Virus record (IMG/VR): IMGVR_UViG_3300045592_000030 | Direction: 5' to 3' (one strand) | Source of the DNA: a virus | DNA: 64,000 bases | Part shown: positions 62,756 to 64,000 of the stretch, piece by piece | How positions within the stretch are numbered: the first letter of the stretch is position 1 | Layout: every line of letters starts with the position of its first letter | The notes under the pieces: generated by a model | Databases searched by the model: none | Told to the model about the DNA's origin: nothing | What the model saw: the letters and a program-made list of their open reading frames with translations, nothing else | Translations under genes and position numbers: made by a program

Positions 62756-63310
62756 TTATTTATCGAGTGTATGATAGGATAAATCCTCGACGACAACCGG
62801 TTTGCCGTTGCTCACGAGCGGCGGCATACCTTGTGCCACGGTTGCGGCGTTTGCCCGCTGGAGGTATTCGTCATCCGTCCACGACGGATCACGCTCTACA
62901 AAGCTATCTATCACTTCGCCGAGCTGGTCGCAATAGACATCATCGGACTGGTGGATAACTTCTCCATCTTTGCCCGTAGTAACGACGATATACGTATCAT
63001 TGCCCTCGTTATAGATAACGTGTACATGACCATCCGGCAAAAGCAATCCGGCCACGTGGAACCGCAACACGGGAATGAGTGCCCGCTGCTCGCCATCGCT
63101 ATTCAGTGCCTCGTAGCACAGGCCCTTTAATTGCGACGCGCCCCAGGACCAAACCGTATTATTACGGCCAACGCCATCGACGATCTGCTCGAGCATTTGC
63201 TGAGTGATAAGCTTTGTATATTCGAGCGCGTATTGTGCGCTATCTTTGCGGAGGTCTATCTGATTAATAACAGCGTCCACACCGAATGAGTCTAAATGTA
63301 TTGTTTTCAT
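62756..63310 (-). CDS. Hypothetical protein
   Basis: 184-aa ORF. Confidence 0.6.
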   Translation of the reverse strand: MKTIHLDSFGVDAVINQIDLRKDSAQYALEYTKLITQQMLEQIVDGVGRNNTVWSWGASQLKGLCYEALNSDGEQRALIPVLRFHVAGLLLPDGHVHVIYNEGNDTYIVVTTGKDGEVIHQSDDVYCDQLGEVIDSFVERDPSWTDDEYLQRANAATVAQGMPPLVSNGKPVVVEDLSYHTLDK

Positions 63311-63447
63311 ATCTTTCTTTTTGTTGTGTCCGGCGGACGAACCGCCGGACGGGTTAAACTTAATCTTTACTTAGTGCCACGATTGCAGCAAGACAGGCAA
63401 AGCACAGCAGGCAGAGGCCTAACTGGATAACGACGGGTGCAAGCATA

Positions 63448-63630
63448 TCAAGCGCAATAGAAATCATCGGGGCTGAATGAGAAATCTTTGAATGCTGAGT
63501 AAACTTCATCATCGCTTACGAATGCATCCGGGTTAGCAATCTCGCTCCACGTCGGCTCCATAGAGCTCTGGCAGAGGATAGCTTGTTTCAACTCGCAAAT
63601 CTGATCGTGATTTAATTCTTTTACTGACAT
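63448..63630 (-). CDS. Hypothetical small acidic protein (first gene of the early operon)
   Basis: 60-aa ORF preceded by a promoter and a leader element. Confidence 0.5.
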   Translation of the reverse strand: MSVKELNHDQICELKQAILCQSSMEPTWSEIANPDAFVSDDEVYSAFKDFSFSPDDFYCA

Positions 63631-63638
63631 AATCCAAA

Positions 63639-63667
63639 ATTTTTGTGACCGTCTATAACGTGCGGTC
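63639..63667 (-). promoter_or_regulatory. Leader hairpin element copy e
   Basis: Minus strand: GACCGCACGTTATAGACGGTC-ACAAAAAT, then 8 nt, then ATG 63630. Lies downstream of the promoter at 63697, so it is transcribed. Confidence 0.6.
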
Positions 63668-63696
63668 TGGTTTAACTTACTTTCTTAATTCTGTTG

Positions 63697-63727
63697 CAAA
63701 GGTACAAAGAATATTTTATATAACAAA
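63697..63727 (-). promoter_or_regulatory. Host-type promoter TTTG-N19-TACCTTTG (early operon)
   Basis: Minus strand match to the Bacteroides -33/-7 consensus. Confidence 0.55.
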
Positions 63728-63789
63728 ATATTTTGTGTTAAAATTTGAGTGGAACATCATTTTTGTTTATTCGCAACTGTAAACCGGTG

Positions 63790-63823
63790 ATTTTTGCGGG
63801 GGCCTATAACGTATATATACCCC
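63790..63823 (-). promoter_or_regulatory. Leader-hairpin-like element copy f (orphan, upstream of the early promoter)
   Basis: Minus strand: GGGGTATATATACGTTATAGGCCCCCGCAAAAAT. No ATG follows at the usual distance. Confidence 0.45.
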
Positions 63824-63864
63824 TATATACCCTGCGAAAACGGGCGCGGGTGGAGTGTTATTCA

Positions 63865-63999
63865 CGGGGCGCAATACGGGGCGCGTGGCTGCACCTTTGT
63901 GCCCTTTGCGGATAATCTCCCACCAGGGGCGCAATACGGGGCGCGTGGCTGCATTGATACGCCCTTTGCGGATAATCTCCCACGGGGCGCAATACGGGG
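63865..63999. repeat. GC-rich tandem repeat, 58-60 bp period, at least 2.3 copies, running off the right edge
   Basis: Unit: GGGGCGCAATACGGGGCGCGTGGCTGCA + variable heptamer (CCTTTGT or TTGATAC) + GCCCTTTGCGGATAATCTCCCAC. Copies start at 63865, 63925 and 63983. Confidence 0.85.
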
Positions 64000-64000
64000 C

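Noticed and set aside
58852-63823. The conserved hairpins could be rho-independent terminators or integron attC-like cassette sites.
   Set aside because: No U-tract follows the stems on the transcribed strand. The elements are about 25-30 bp, far shorter than attC, and match RYYYAAC/GTTRRRY only partially. No IntI-type tyrosine recombinase is present in the window. They are kept as an unexplained element in the findings.
63865-63999. The GC-rich repeats could be a CRISPR array.
   Set aside because: The variable blocks between constant parts are only 7 nt, the constant part is about 51 bp and no cas genes are present. This is a tandem repeat, not repeat-spacer architecture.
1-63999. Search for tRNA or rRNA genes, a diversity-generating retroelement or retron (reverse transcriptase plus template/variable repeat pair), and defence islands.
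   Set aside because: I noticed no T-loop-like GTTCGAATC-type motifs or rRNA-like stretches, no ORF with reverse-transcriptase motifs, and no long near-identical repeat pair with A-specific mismatches. This was a scan by eye only, so absence is not proven.

Overview
The window holds most of a tailed-phage genome. It looks Bacteroidota-type: host-style TTTG/TAnnTTTG promoters, lipoprotein signals and leaders with little Shine-Dalgarno character. It is densely coding, with almost everything on the minus strand.

Modules from right to left:
- Early operon of small, often acidic proteins (63.7-58.5 kb).
- Plasmid-style maintenance block: ParA, an RHH partner, an iteron origin and a Rep-like initiator (57.3-54.1 kb).
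- Two HTH regulators on the + strand (61.0 and 51.1 kb).
- Replication module: DEDDh exonuclease, 1167-aa primase-helicase, SSB-like protein and beta clamp, with no polymerase (50.9-43.8 kb).
- Tail genes, including a 1877-aa tape measure (43.4-35.3 kb).
- A lipoprotein moron and an IS607-type tnpA-tnpB insertion on + (35.1-31.4 kb).
- Nucleotide-metabolism genes: ThyX-like, MazG-like and a guanylate-kinase-like kinase (29.6-25.8 kb).
- An AT-rich island of about 25 tiny ORFs (25.8-19.4 kb).
- Head and packaging genes: protease-scaffold, capsid, TerL, a split Dam-like methyltransferase and a portal candidate (16.4-4.7 kb).
- Further virion genes that run off the left edge.

I saw no rRNA, tRNA, CRISPR array or reverse transcriptase.

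Main leads:
1. An iteron origin with Rep and ParA suggests a phage-plasmid.
2. The methyltransferase is split at a G7 tract next to an in-frame 9/27-bp repeat array.
3. A five-copy late-promoter family reads TGTCCCTAA-N18-TATCTTTG.
4. A family of covarying leader hairpins (GTTATAG loop plus CAAAAAT box) sits in front of the early genes.
5. The IS607 TnpB has an atypical RuvC-II/zinc-finger region and lies next to an 850-bp repeat-rich non-coding stretch.

All sub-60-aa ORFs, adjusted starts and motif coordinates were derived by hand from the sequence. No database search was run.
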